From: a virus
Strand: one strand, 5' to 3'
Virus record (IMG/VR): IMGVR_UViG_3300028584_000072
Coordinates: 1 to 64,000 of that record
DNA length: 64,000 bases
The notes below the pieces were generated by a model that was given only the letters and a program-made list of their open reading frames with translations, did not search any database and had not been told where the DNA came from. Shown here one piece after another: positions 45,535 to 52,896 of this stretch. Numbering within the stretch: position 1 is the first letter of the stretch; each line of letters begins with the position of its first letter. The translations under genes and the position numbers were made by a program.

Positions 45535-46231
45535 ATATTTCCTTCATAAACTTATCGAATACATCTCTCCGTCTGCTACCATTAACTATCCTACTAATTT
45601 GTGCAGCAGATAACTTATATTCTTCACATAAAGTTTTCTGAGGTATATTATTACAATGAGCTTTGATTAAAAGCTCTAAGATTAAATCATCATCGTGTTT
45701 GGCTGTTGTACGCTGTTCAAATTTATCTGATTTTACGATTCCAGTAATTTCAGAAAATCTACGTCCAGTTACAATCTCACTAATTGCATCAGCCCTGCAC
45801 TCTAAGTTATATTTTTCTTTAAGATCTTTATGTGAAGCACCATTTTTGTAGTCTGATACAACAGACAACATTTCTTCTTTAGTTAAAGAAGATAGTGTTC
45901 TTTTCCCAATACCATTAACGTAATAATGTACAGTATTGTGAGTGTAAGTACACCACTCTAAATTAGAGTAATGGTTATTACTTACGTTCAAATCTTTATG
46001 ATTTATAATTGGTAGATTATTTTGGTTATCTAGAAATGCTGAAGCGACTAAACGATGTACTCGTAGGTCGTGTCTAACTTTATTCTCAGTAAGATTTACA
46101 GCCAGATACCCATCTTTATCTAATTTAGGTTTCAGCATTTTTCCAGATTTGTAATAGCTATAAATATCTCCATATTCAGAGATTTTATACATAGGGAAAT
46201 CTGGGATAACTCGCCACTCAATATTGTTCAT
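45518..46231 (-). CDS. free-standing HNH homing endonuclease (I-HmuI-like: NUMOD4 + HNH_3 + HTH repeats)
   Basis: WRVIPDFPMYKISEYGDIYS, DGYLAVNL...RVHRLVASAF...INHKDLNVSNNHYSNLEWCT. The 3' end overlaps the terL start by 17 nt. Confidence 0.8.
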   Translation of the reverse strand: MNNIEWRVIPDFPMYKISEYGDIYSYYKSGKMLKPKLDKDGYLAVNLTENKVRHDLRVHRLVASAFLDNQNNLPIINHKDLNVSNNHYSNLEWCTYTHNTVHYYVNGIGKRTLSSLTKEEMLSVVSDYKNGASHKDLKEKYNLECRADAISEIVTGRRFSEITGIVKSDKFEQRTTAKHDDDLILELLIKAHCNNIPQKTLCEEYKLSAAQISRIVNGSRRRDVFDKFMKEIYDKTT

Positions 46232-46727
46232 TTAAAATCCTATTAATCAGTTACCCTCGCCTATTGGCGCAGAGTTAATCGCTTACTCTTAAGCAAAGAT
46301 AACTGTTAATGGAATCTTTGAGACTATTAATTCTTCAGACCTAAGTCTACGGAAACGCCAATTCCCGCTTCTAAGATATTACAACAAAACCCTCTATATT
46401 GCAAGAGGGCTTTATCTTCCTCACATTTCAAATCGTAATGCTTGAATATGTTTTGGATTAGTAAAACGAAACTCAACATGATGGCAACATCAGAGGTTGA
46501 GTGTTCTTATAACTTATTTCAACTTCACCGAATTAAACAATCTTACCAGCATTTCGCTTGACCTTGTTACAGGTGCTGTATGGAACCTTAGTGATACCTG
46601 AAGCCTATTATCTTCAGTGGGCTAAGGGACGGTTCCTCATTTTTGTTAACACCGATATTCACTCCTAGTGGAGTCTAGCGAATGCTAAATTAATCCCCCA
46701 ACCACTCCTGTGTGAAGGGGAAATTCT
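46232..46727 (-). ncRNA. 496-nt ORF-free, hairpin-dense segment (intron-like or leader RNA?)
   Basis: No ORF longer than 12 codons. Several extended hairpins are present. It shares a 13-nt motif UUAAUUCGGUGAA with terL intron 1 and has GAGGAAGAUAAAGCCC resembling the introns' J8/7 motif. Confidence 0.3.
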
Positions 46728-47183
46728 TTACTTAGCTACAGCTTTACGACCACGTTGCTTTGGTGAGGTAGCTTCAATCGCTACATCTTCAACAACAGAA
46801 TCCATATTACTAGCCTCTTTATCAGATGTCAAATCTTTTTCTACTGTAAATTCCGTTACATCATAAGCAATAGCAAAGAATGGAGTACGTACAGATGTGT
46901 AACGTAAGCTAATCTTATCCAATTGACTAGCAATTGTCTCAGCTTCATCTAATGTAAATTTACCAGCTTTAGCGGTATTGAATGTTAAATCAAGTAGTGT
47001 TCTACCATCAACCACATCTTCTTCTACACCACCAATAACTAGCTTCATATTTAAGCGCGTTGCAACAAGCAAACGACAATAAGATGACCAACCAGCTTCT
47101 ACTGTTGCCAAATTACTACCTTGCTCGATAATACCTTTGAAGTAACTACGGCTTCCACCGTATGTTAAGTTTACTAAATTCAT
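46728..47183 (-). CDS. hypothetical protein (151 aa, basic C-terminal tail)
   Basis: ORF track. Lies between the terS-like gene and the HNH/terL region. Confidence 0.5.
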   Translation of the reverse strand: MNLVNLTYGGSRSYFKGIIEQGSNLATVEAGWSSYCRLLVATRLNMKLVIGGVEEDVVDGRTLLDLTFNTAKAGKFTLDEAETIASQLDKISLRYTSVRTPFFAIAYDVTEFTVEKDLTSDKEASNMDSVVEDVAIEATSPKQRGRKAVAK

Positions 47184-47311
47184 TTATAATTCCTTGTGTG
47201 ATTCTTCTATGCATGGAGAAGAAATCTCCCTAGAGTGGAGAGGTGCAGAGGAGAAGCTGCCTCTAGGGAGATGAGGGAGAGGTATACAAGAGTATACGCA
47301 TGTAGTTTTAA

Positions 47312-47743
47312 TTATTCGTTGACGGCACTGCCAAATGTAACAATTACATTTTGGAATGTTGAATCTTCTTCAGAATCTTCATCACGTTGTTGCTGTGCTT
47401 TCAGCTTACGCTGTTCTTCGTCTTTAATAGCTTGGATTTCAACCTTGTCGTTGTGCATAACAAGTTGATAATATTTATCAGCAATAAACACATAACATTT
47501 GAAAGCGTGATTCACATTACCTTTGGCTAATTCGTCGTCTGCCATCTTCTTGATGGCTTTAAGTGATGCTAATCCGCTAGATAATAACATTGTTTCTAAT
47601 GTTGCTTTACTATGTTTATGTTTGTTGCCTTTTGTTCCGCGTGGGCGTCCTGCCTTGTTTCCGCTAACCCCACGTTTAAAACGACCTTTATCGTCGCGTA
47701 CTTCTAAAGGAACAATTGTGTCTTCATTTTCTACATCAGACAT
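47312..47743 (-). CDS. terminase small subunit-like protein (DUF5681-type N-terminus)
   Basis: GRFKRGVSGNKAGRPRGTKG motif. Upstream of terL. Confidence 0.5.
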   Translation of the reverse strand: MSDVENEDTIVPLEVRDDKGRFKRGVSGNKAGRPRGTKGNKHKHSKATLETMLLSSGLASLKAIKKMADDELAKGNVNHAFKCYVFIADKYYQLVMHNDKVEIQAIKDEEQRKLKAQQQRDEDSEEDSTFQNVIVTFGSAVNE

Positions 47744-47784
47744 GTGATGTCCTTAATTCTTTACATATAATACAATCTACAGGG

Positions 47785-47813
47785 ATCTTAACACCATGTA
47801 TTGCATTTGTCAA
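47785..47813 (-). promoter_or_regulatory. sigma70-type promoter (leftward)
   Basis: - strand TTGACA, 17 nt, TAAGAT. The CCTATTGACAA context recurs at 48124-48134. Confidence 0.5.
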
Positions 47814-47833
47814 TAGGTGATACTTTGAAAATG

Positions 47834-48067
47834 TTAGAGATTTTCATCATAAGAAGGGAGATTGTTAATTGAAGTTGACTCTGTTAACGCTTGATGCTCG
47901 AACTCGTAACAGTAAGAATGATCTTTAGACTTGTGTAAGCATGTATTGCAGAGAGCAACTAATTCTGGTGACTTGGGAAAGGTGCGGGTTTGTTCAGCCC
48001 CAGACAATGAACGTCCACAGCTTAAACAATGAAAGCATATCCCTGTTAGGATGCGGTTAGATGACAT
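47834..48067 (-). CDS. zinc-ribbon protein (77 aa)
   Basis: CFHCLSCG...CNTCLHK (2x CxxC). The internal ATG at 48067 with an AGGA RBS is preferred. Confidence 0.45.
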   Translation of the reverse strand: MSSNRILTGICFHCLSCGRSLSGAEQTRTFPKSPELVALCNTCLHKSKDHSYCYEFEHQALTESTSINNLPSYDENL

Positions 48068-48251
48068 GATGAAAATCCTAATAAGTAGAGTGGTAAAATG
48101 AAAGAATAACATGACAATCGCAATTGTCAATAGGGGATTTAAAATAAATATTATCTTGGGTAGGGCATTCTCCTACTCGCGGTCATACAGTGGCTTTTAT
48201 CGGCATGTACGTCTTAGGCTCCTCTAAGCAGCCAAGATAATATTTAGTAAA

Positions 48252-48329
48252 TGGTAGCCCCTGAAGGATTTGAACCTATCTACCTTTCCCTTATGAGGGG
48301 ACTGCTCATACCAAATGAGCTTAGAGGCT
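48252..48329 (-). tRNA. tRNA-Met-like (anticodon CAU; could be Ile2/fMet), CCA encoded
   Basis: Acceptor AGCCUCU/AGGGGCU, D arm GCUC..GAGC, anticodon loop CUCAUAA, T arm GA(U)AGG-UUCAAAU-CCUUC with one bulged U, then ACCA. Confidence 0.6.
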
Positions 48330-48415
48330 AGAATAAACATAGCCCCGCAATGGGCTATCAATACAATTGTAATTTAAAACAAACTACGATTGCTCAGACT
48401 CGTTAATATTAGTTT

Positions 48416-48536
48416 AGTGTTTGGTAGGATTTGAACCTACGAACTTATGCTTCTGTGGCTTCTGGTAGTCGCCGTGCTTAATAAGGAGTTGAACCTTTAC
48501 CAGAAGTAGCTTGCTAAACCGTCCAGCTTCAAACAC
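48416..48536 (-). ncRNA. aberrant 121-nt tRNA-like element
   Basis: Perfect acceptor GUGUUUG/CAAACAC, D arm (GCU-GGACGGUUU-AGC) and T arm GUAGG-UUCAAAU-CCUAC. About 44 extra nt form a 9-bp helix (CUUCUGGUA/UACCAGAAG) that encloses a second T-arm-like hairpin AAGG-UUCAACU-CCUU. Confidence 0.4.
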
Positions 48537-48663
48537 TAAAGTAATACATCTCGGCTAGGACTTACATAAAACAACTTATGAACCCAACATCTTACGATTA
48601 AAAGTCGTACATTTTATTTAAACTACGAGATATAAACACATAATAACACAACTTTGTTATCTG

Positions 48664-49569
48664 TCAAGCTTTATGTGGAAGTATTTTTCCATCATTTAAA
48701 GCTTGTTCAAATTTACCATAAAAACCTTTCACACGAGAATAATACAGCTTACAACACAAACCATAATTCTCCCAAGCAAATTCTCTGAACCAACCAGATG
48801 TAATACTCGTACACACTTTCATTAAACTATAGCGCCACACTTCATGTTCAAGTTCATAAGGATTGTCTACGTGAATCAAACTACGTTCAATAGACAACAC
48901 CATAGCTTCTTCTAATACAGCGTTTAATTTTGTATTAAACGATTGCTGTTCAAATAACTTCTGACACGTTTTCACTTCACCCGCCAAGAAACTCTGATAC
49001 GCTGGATTATCTTCAATTGCTACAGCTTCGTGAGTACTGTCATGGTCGTGAATATACGTTACACCTTTTGTATCAAAGAATTCTTCCTTACTCTTATTTA
49101 AGCTTGGATGATTGTAGTAATATGTTTCTTTCTCTCGTCTACGTAGCCAGATACTCAAACAATCTGGGATTTTAGCACCAAGCTTACGTAAGGCTTGAAT
49201 ATCTTTCAAAGTCTTCTCAAAGTGTGGACTGTTACGCAAGAATCTGTGAGACATCTTTAACGTATAAGCCAAGTCAATGTTACTAACTTCATTGTGTGTT
49301 AAGATCCTCAACAATCGTTCAGCTACAGAGTTCTTAGTAGCAATCTCAACTTCTATAACGTCACCTGACTTATGTTTAACAACATAAGATTTACGGATAG
49401 GATGACCGCCATCAATGATTTCAGAATTAATCCATTGTGGATGTTCAATCATATCTATAAACGCTTTCTCTGTGCAAATAACATCATAATCTGATTTAGG
49501 TGAAGGTTGACGTACACCTTCGATACCGCGTAGTAAATTACTACCTACAACTTGTTCTTGTAACATCAA
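48664..49569 (-). CDS. hypothetical protein, possible nucleotidyltransferase fold
   Basis: The N-terminal VGSNLLRG...SDYDVI resembles a GS...DxD NTase motif. HDHDSTHE occurs later. The call is weak. It lies next to the tRNA-like cluster. Confidence 0.3.
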   Translation of the reverse strand: MMLQEQVVGSNLLRGIEGVRQPSPKSDYDVICTEKAFIDMIEHPQWINSEIIDGGHPIRKSYVVKHKSGDVIEVEIATKNSVAERLLRILTHNEVSNIDLAYTLKMSHRFLRNSPHFEKTLKDIQALRKLGAKIPDCLSIWLRRREKETYYYNHPSLNKSKEEFFDTKGVTYIHDHDSTHEAVAIEDNPAYQSFLAGEVKTCQKLFEQQSFNTKLNAVLEEAMVLSIERSLIHVDNPYELEHEVWRYSLMKVCTSITSGWFREFAWENYGLCCKLYYSRVKGFYGKFEQALNDGKILPHKA

Positions 49570-49587
49570 CCCTCTCCTTATTTCAGA

Positions 49588-49845
49588 TTAACAACTTTGA
49601 CTTGAAGCGTTCCACACGTAAGGGCGTTCACCTTCTTCATCAGAAGAAGCATCCCAATCTTCTGAGTACGTGCCACCCATTCCGTATGTTAATCCCATGT
49701 TTAAATAAAACTTATTAGTCTCAGCTAACACTTCAGCTTCCGCAATAGCTGCATAAGCTAAATCCATTAAAGCATCTGCTTTAAGTTTAGGTGTTACATC
49801 TTTGAAATCTAAGATTTCTTGAATTGTTTGTGCTTTTTTAAGCAT
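49588..49845 (-). CDS. hypothetical protein (85 aa)
   Basis: ORF track. A promoter lies upstream. Confidence 0.5.
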   Translation of the reverse strand: MLKKAQTIQEILDFKDVTPKLKADALMDLAYAAIAEAEVLAETNKFYLNMGLTYGMGGTYSEDWDASSDEEGERPYVWNASSQSC

Positions 49846-49882
49846 TTACTTTCTCCTTTGTTTAGCGTTATTGCTGTGGGTT

Positions 49883-49910
49883 ATTATACAGATTTTGTTT
49901 AGTGTGTCAA
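49883..49910 (-). promoter_or_regulatory. sigma70-type promoter with extended -10 (leftward)
   Basis: - strand TTGACA, 16 nt, (TG)TATAAT. Confidence 0.55.
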
Positions 49911-49913
49911 GAG

Positions 49914-50117
49914 TTATTTGTAATCATTCTGAATAACATAATATGGAAGTACTTCAAATTCATAGAAAGAATAAGCAGGTATACCTATCTCATGAAAACC
50001 TTTAGCTACGTAGGCTATGGCATCTTCCTCACTCTCGTGATAACCAGACCACATTCCTGAACATTCCTTATCCACTGGCTCAGTTCTCCAATATTTAGTG
50101 ATTTTCACGTCTTTCAT
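49914..50117 (-). CDS. hypothetical protein (67 aa)
   Basis: The internal ATG (MKDVKITKYW..) with an AGGAGA RBS is preferred. Confidence 0.5.
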   Translation of the reverse strand: MKDVKITKYWRTEPVDKECSGMWSGYHESEEDAIAYVAKGFHEIGIPAYSFYEFEVLPYYVIQNDYK

Positions 50118-50238
50118 ATTATCTCCTATCAATTTTAATCGCTATACAGCAACGTACAAGCCATTATAACATATACTCAGTACGTATGCCTACCTCTACC
50201 TATTTAATCGCTTCTACGTTGTTCTGAGAGTGTTTAAA

Positions 50239-50499
50239 TCAACACTCATCCATAGCTTTACGGACAGCACGTTTAGCATAGAAATACTTGTGGAAACCAC
50301 TACGCTCGATACTTAATTCTCTTTCAACTTTGCGTATTAGTATGTTTGTAGATAAGCCATCTGACAGTTTATCCATCACACATACTTGCTCATAGTCATC
50401 TGTAGCCTGCAATTCAGATGCTAGACTAGACACAGCAATTTGGTCTAGCACAAAGACCAACAATGCAGATGCGAGCATAATCTTAAATTTACTATTCAT
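50239..50499 (-). CDS. small secreted protein (86 aa)
   Basis: ATG with an AAGGAGAG RBS. Signal-like MNSKFKIMLASALLVFVLDQIAVSSLA. Confidence 0.5.
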   Translation of the reverse strand: MNSKFKIMLASALLVFVLDQIAVSSLASELQATDDYEQVCVMDKLSDGLSTNILIRKVERELSIERSGFHKYFYAKRAVRKAMDEC

Positions 50500-50561
50500 A
50501 ATTCTCTCCTTAATTAATTTGTTTGTATAGTGTACATAAGACAAGTTGGCTTGTCAAGGGG

Positions 50562-51239
50562 TTATTGTGTCCTCTTTGCTTTCTTTCTCTGCATATTTAC
50601 AGCAGTGAGAACTACTCGATATTCCGCATTAGATAAATGGTAATCATAAAAGTCATCAGCAAGCCAAGTGTCTTTTAGGAAATCTTGCATGTCATTATCC
50701 TTAGATGGCAATAACTCTATATCATCCAGTTTCAACCCTTTCTCTTTCAACCAATCAGCAACAAGCTCATCGAATTGTTTCGGATAGTGGTCTAGGTGCG
50801 ATGTCTTTCTAGTTATCTTTAATCCAGTTTCATGGCAGATACAATACACACCTTTCGCGTTTTCTTTAAAGTAGTTCTCTTTAAAAGTTATTGCTTGGTC
50901 TTTTACATAGTCCCTCAATGCTTTCTTGACTTCTGTTTTGTGGCTCTTAGCATATAGAGCTTTGATGTAACTAAAGTCTGTGGAGCTACCATCTTCACGT
51001 AGTACATAAAAATGCCTATTCTTCGGGTTCACTGGACAAGTAGTGACACCTATCTGGTAAGTACCTTTACCTACCTTAGCTTTATAATTACTGTGGTCTT
51101 TAAGTACGTCATTAACCACTTCATACCATTTACCGGATAACATCTTATCAATGTTCTGATTGTTTAAAACAAATTTTACATAGTTTTTCAACTTTTCTTT
51201 ACTTTGAAAAGTCATACCACCTTTAACGATTTTTGCCAT
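50562..51239 (-). CDS. DUF3223-like protein with C-terminal HNH-like motif
   Basis: GTYQIGVTTCPVNPKNRHFYVLREDGSSTDFSYIKA, then CICHETG...SHLDH. The start at MAKIVKGG has a GGAGAGG RBS. Confidence 0.4.
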   Translation of the reverse strand: MAKIVKGGMTFQSKEKLKNYVKFVLNNQNIDKMLSGKWYEVVNDVLKDHSNYKAKVGKGTYQIGVTTCPVNPKNRHFYVLREDGSSTDFSYIKALYAKSHKTEVKKALRDYVKDQAITFKENYFKENAKGVYCICHETGLKITRKTSHLDHYPKQFDELVADWLKEKGLKLDDIELLPSKDNDMQDFLKDTWLADDFYDYHLSNAEYRVVLTAVNMQRKKAKRTQ

Positions 51240-51240
51240 A

Positions 51241-51726
51241 TCAATAACCTCTCCACTCTTGTTCATCTTCTGGGTTTACATATACACGACCTAGGAAATA
51301 GTCTTCATCTTGTTTTGGTTGCACTACTGGATTTACAGTAGCTTCTTTTGTCTCTAGATTAACTATCGTTGTGTAGTTAGCCTGATTACCTATAAAATTC
51401 ACATAGTCAATATAACCATGCTCTTTCCATTTCTTCACAAATCTAGTAACAGTTTTAGTGCTAACACCACACAACTTAGCTACTGCACTGTGACTGTCAT
51501 AATATGTACTACCTACTTTGTTTGGTACTTTTGTTGCATTAAAATGTTCAAATCTCTTACACATGGTCAAGTATAGTAACTTATCAGTACAAGTAAATTC
51601 TACTTGAGTAGGTTTACCGTCTTCATCTTTCTCGGTAAGTGATGGTAAATGAGTCATAGCTAGTATGTCATTATGCACCATCAAGAAAGGTTTACTGCTT
51701 TCTTTATTAGTACTAGGTTTCTTCAT
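51241..51726 (-). CDS. winged-helix/HTH DNA-binding protein (possible replication-initiation or regulatory role)
   Basis: AVAKLCGVSTKTVTRFVKKWKEHGYIDYV HTH segment. It lies next to the palindrome/AT-rich array. Confidence 0.4.
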   Translation of the reverse strand: MKKPSTNKESSKPFLMVHNDILAMTHLPSLTEKDEDGKPTQVEFTCTDKLLYLTMCKRFEHFNATKVPNKVGSTYYDSHSAVAKLCGVSTKTVTRFVKKWKEHGYIDYVNFIGNQANYTTIVNLETKEATVNPVVQPKQDEDYFLGRVYVNPEDEQEWRGY

Positions 51727-51899
51727 AGTTCTATTCCTAAAGTTCTAGATGTATCTACATCTTCTCTATTTCCTTAATCTTAACCAGACAGTTCACAATG
51801 AAAGCCTGTCTACTAAGACCGCCTCTACGACTATCTATCCACACAAGAACGTGTTTAGGTAGTAATAATTCCATACAAATCTCCTCATTTGGTGTACTA

Positions 51900-52089
51900 G
51901 GGACAATATGTCCGTGGTTTATCTTTTTCTCTTTATTCTATTTTATAAATAATCTTTCTCTTTTCTTCTTTATCTATTTACTATCTCTCTTAAGAGAACA
52001 CCCATTATGTCCTATCTAAAAGGTACAATATGTCCTATCTACTACGGACAAGATGTCTGTGGTACTGGTATAACCTAGGACATAATGTC
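51900..52089. promoter_or_regulatory. array of GGACA-N3-TGTCC palindromes flanking an AT-rich tract (operators or origin)
   Basis: Sites: 51900-51912 GGACAATATGTCC, 51999-52011 (half site), 52022-52034 GTACAATATGTCC, 52045-52057 GGACAAGATGTCT, 52077-52089 GGACATAATGTCC. Positions 51913-51998 are AT-rich and polypyrimidine. Confidence 0.55.
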
Positions 52090-52103
52090 CTTTCTGAGAT
52101 AAA

Positions 52104-52319
52104 TCACTCATCTCCCTCTTTCTGCACAAACACTTGCACTTCATAACCAAGTGCCTTCATCAATTCAAACAACTTGTCATACGTAACACAGCTTGTTGTT
52201 AGCCATTGATTTACAGCTTGACGACTAACGCCAATCTTCCTAGCAAATTGACTAGCATTTAAATCAGCTTCTCGCATCAGCAACTCAATTGCTGCTTGTA
52301 ATTCTTTCTTATTTTGCAT
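52104..52319 (-). CDS. XRE/Cro-like HTH transcriptional regulator
   Basis: LNASQFARKIGVSRQAVNQWL HTH. 71 aa. Confidence 0.7.
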   Translation of the reverse strand: MQNKKELQAAIELLMREADLNASQFARKIGVSRQAVNQWLTTSCVTYDKLFELMKALGYEVQVFVQKEGDE

Positions 52320-52374
52320 AACCTCTCCTTACTCTTTTATCTTAACACAGGAACGTATATTGTCAAGTAGTTAC

Positions 52375-52542
52375 TTACTTGGTAAACTTCTCATCAATAC
52401 ATGTCTCGACCAGTAGAGCTACATTTTCATCTCTAACCTCATCATTATGCCACTTTATTACATTCCAAATCAGAGCTACTTGTTCTAGTGGTAACTCGCA
52501 TTGAGTAGCAATCTCTTTTATCCATTGTGTATCAGTTTGCAT
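52375..52542 (-). CDS. hypothetical small protein (55 aa)
   Basis: ATG 52542 with a GGAGGTG RBS. First gene of the leftward block. Confidence 0.45.
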   Translation of the reverse strand: MQTDTQWIKEIATQCELPLEQVALIWNVIKWHNDEVRDENVALLVETCIDEKFTK

Positions 52543-52570
52543 AAACACCTCCATCAATTAACAAGCCCAC

Positions 52571-52599
52571 ACTCTACACTCACCAATTCCAAATGTCAA
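52571..52599 (-). promoter_or_regulatory. leftward sigma70-type promoter
   Basis: - strand TTGACA, 17 nt, TAGAGT. Confidence 0.5.
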
Positions 52600-52613
52600 C
52601 AACAAAATACTTA

Positions 52614-52642
52614 TTGACATTCACTACACACTCATATACAGT
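52614..52642 (+). promoter_or_regulatory. rightward sigma70-type promoter
   Basis: TTGACA, 17 nt, TACAGT. It diverges from the leftward promoter, with the two -35 boxes 14 bp apart. Confidence 0.5.
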
Positions 52643-52671
52643 GTGCTTATTGAAATTGAGGAGACACTAAC

Positions 52672-52896
52672 ATGAACCAATTACTTTTAGACTTACTAAC
52701 ATTCACCAGAATGTATGCACACATTCCATACAACAGTATCTACACATTTGTAGCATTACCAGAATACAGAACACTTGACTTCTTTGAAAAGAACATATAC
52801 TCTGTAATGAGTTCCAAGAAAACATTTGGTGATGATTGGTGGGTGATGGAAGTATTGGATGGGATTAAGAAAGAATTAGAAACTGTAGTTTCATAA
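52672..52896 (+). CDS. hypothetical protein (74 aa)
   Basis: ORF track. GAGGAG RBS. Confidence 0.5.
   Translation: MNQLLLDLLTFTRMYAHIPYNSIYTFVALPEYRTLDFFEKNIYSVMSSKKTFGDDWWVMEVLDGIKKELETVVS

Noticed and set aside
47224-47272. I considered a 12-bp inverted repeat ATCTCCCTAGAG/CTCTAGGGAGAT downstream of the terS-like gene as a terminator.
   Set aside because: The loop is 25 nt and the trailing U-tract is weak (UUUCUU). It could be a protein-binding palindrome or a pac-related site, but there is nothing to decide on from sequence alone.
48150-48238. I considered calling a cloverleaf-like fold (9-bp terminal stem and two 5-bp hairpins) as a tRNA.
   Set aside because: The central arm has a 14-nt loop and the 'T loop' is AGAAUGC rather than UUCRANY. 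There is no conserved G18G19/T54-C56 logic. It needs tRNAscan or Infernal before any call.
48541-48640. I considered calling a tRNA-Lys(UUU) from the hairpin UACGA-CUUUUAA-UCGUA with terminal stem AUCUCG/CGAGAU.
   Set aside because: No T arm or TPsiC-like loop can be drawn. The D region is AT-only without GG. The segment between the anticodon arm and the acceptor is 39 nt of non-tRNA-like sequence. It is not called as a gene and is mentioned only as part of the degenerate cluster.
51798-52019. I considered the 73-aa + strand ORF in the HTH-proximal gap.
   Set aside because: It has low-complexity, polypyrimidine-derived sequence (FFSLFYFINNLSLFFFIYLL) and no RBS. It overlaps the palindrome/AT-rich regulatory array and is antisense to the block's transcription.
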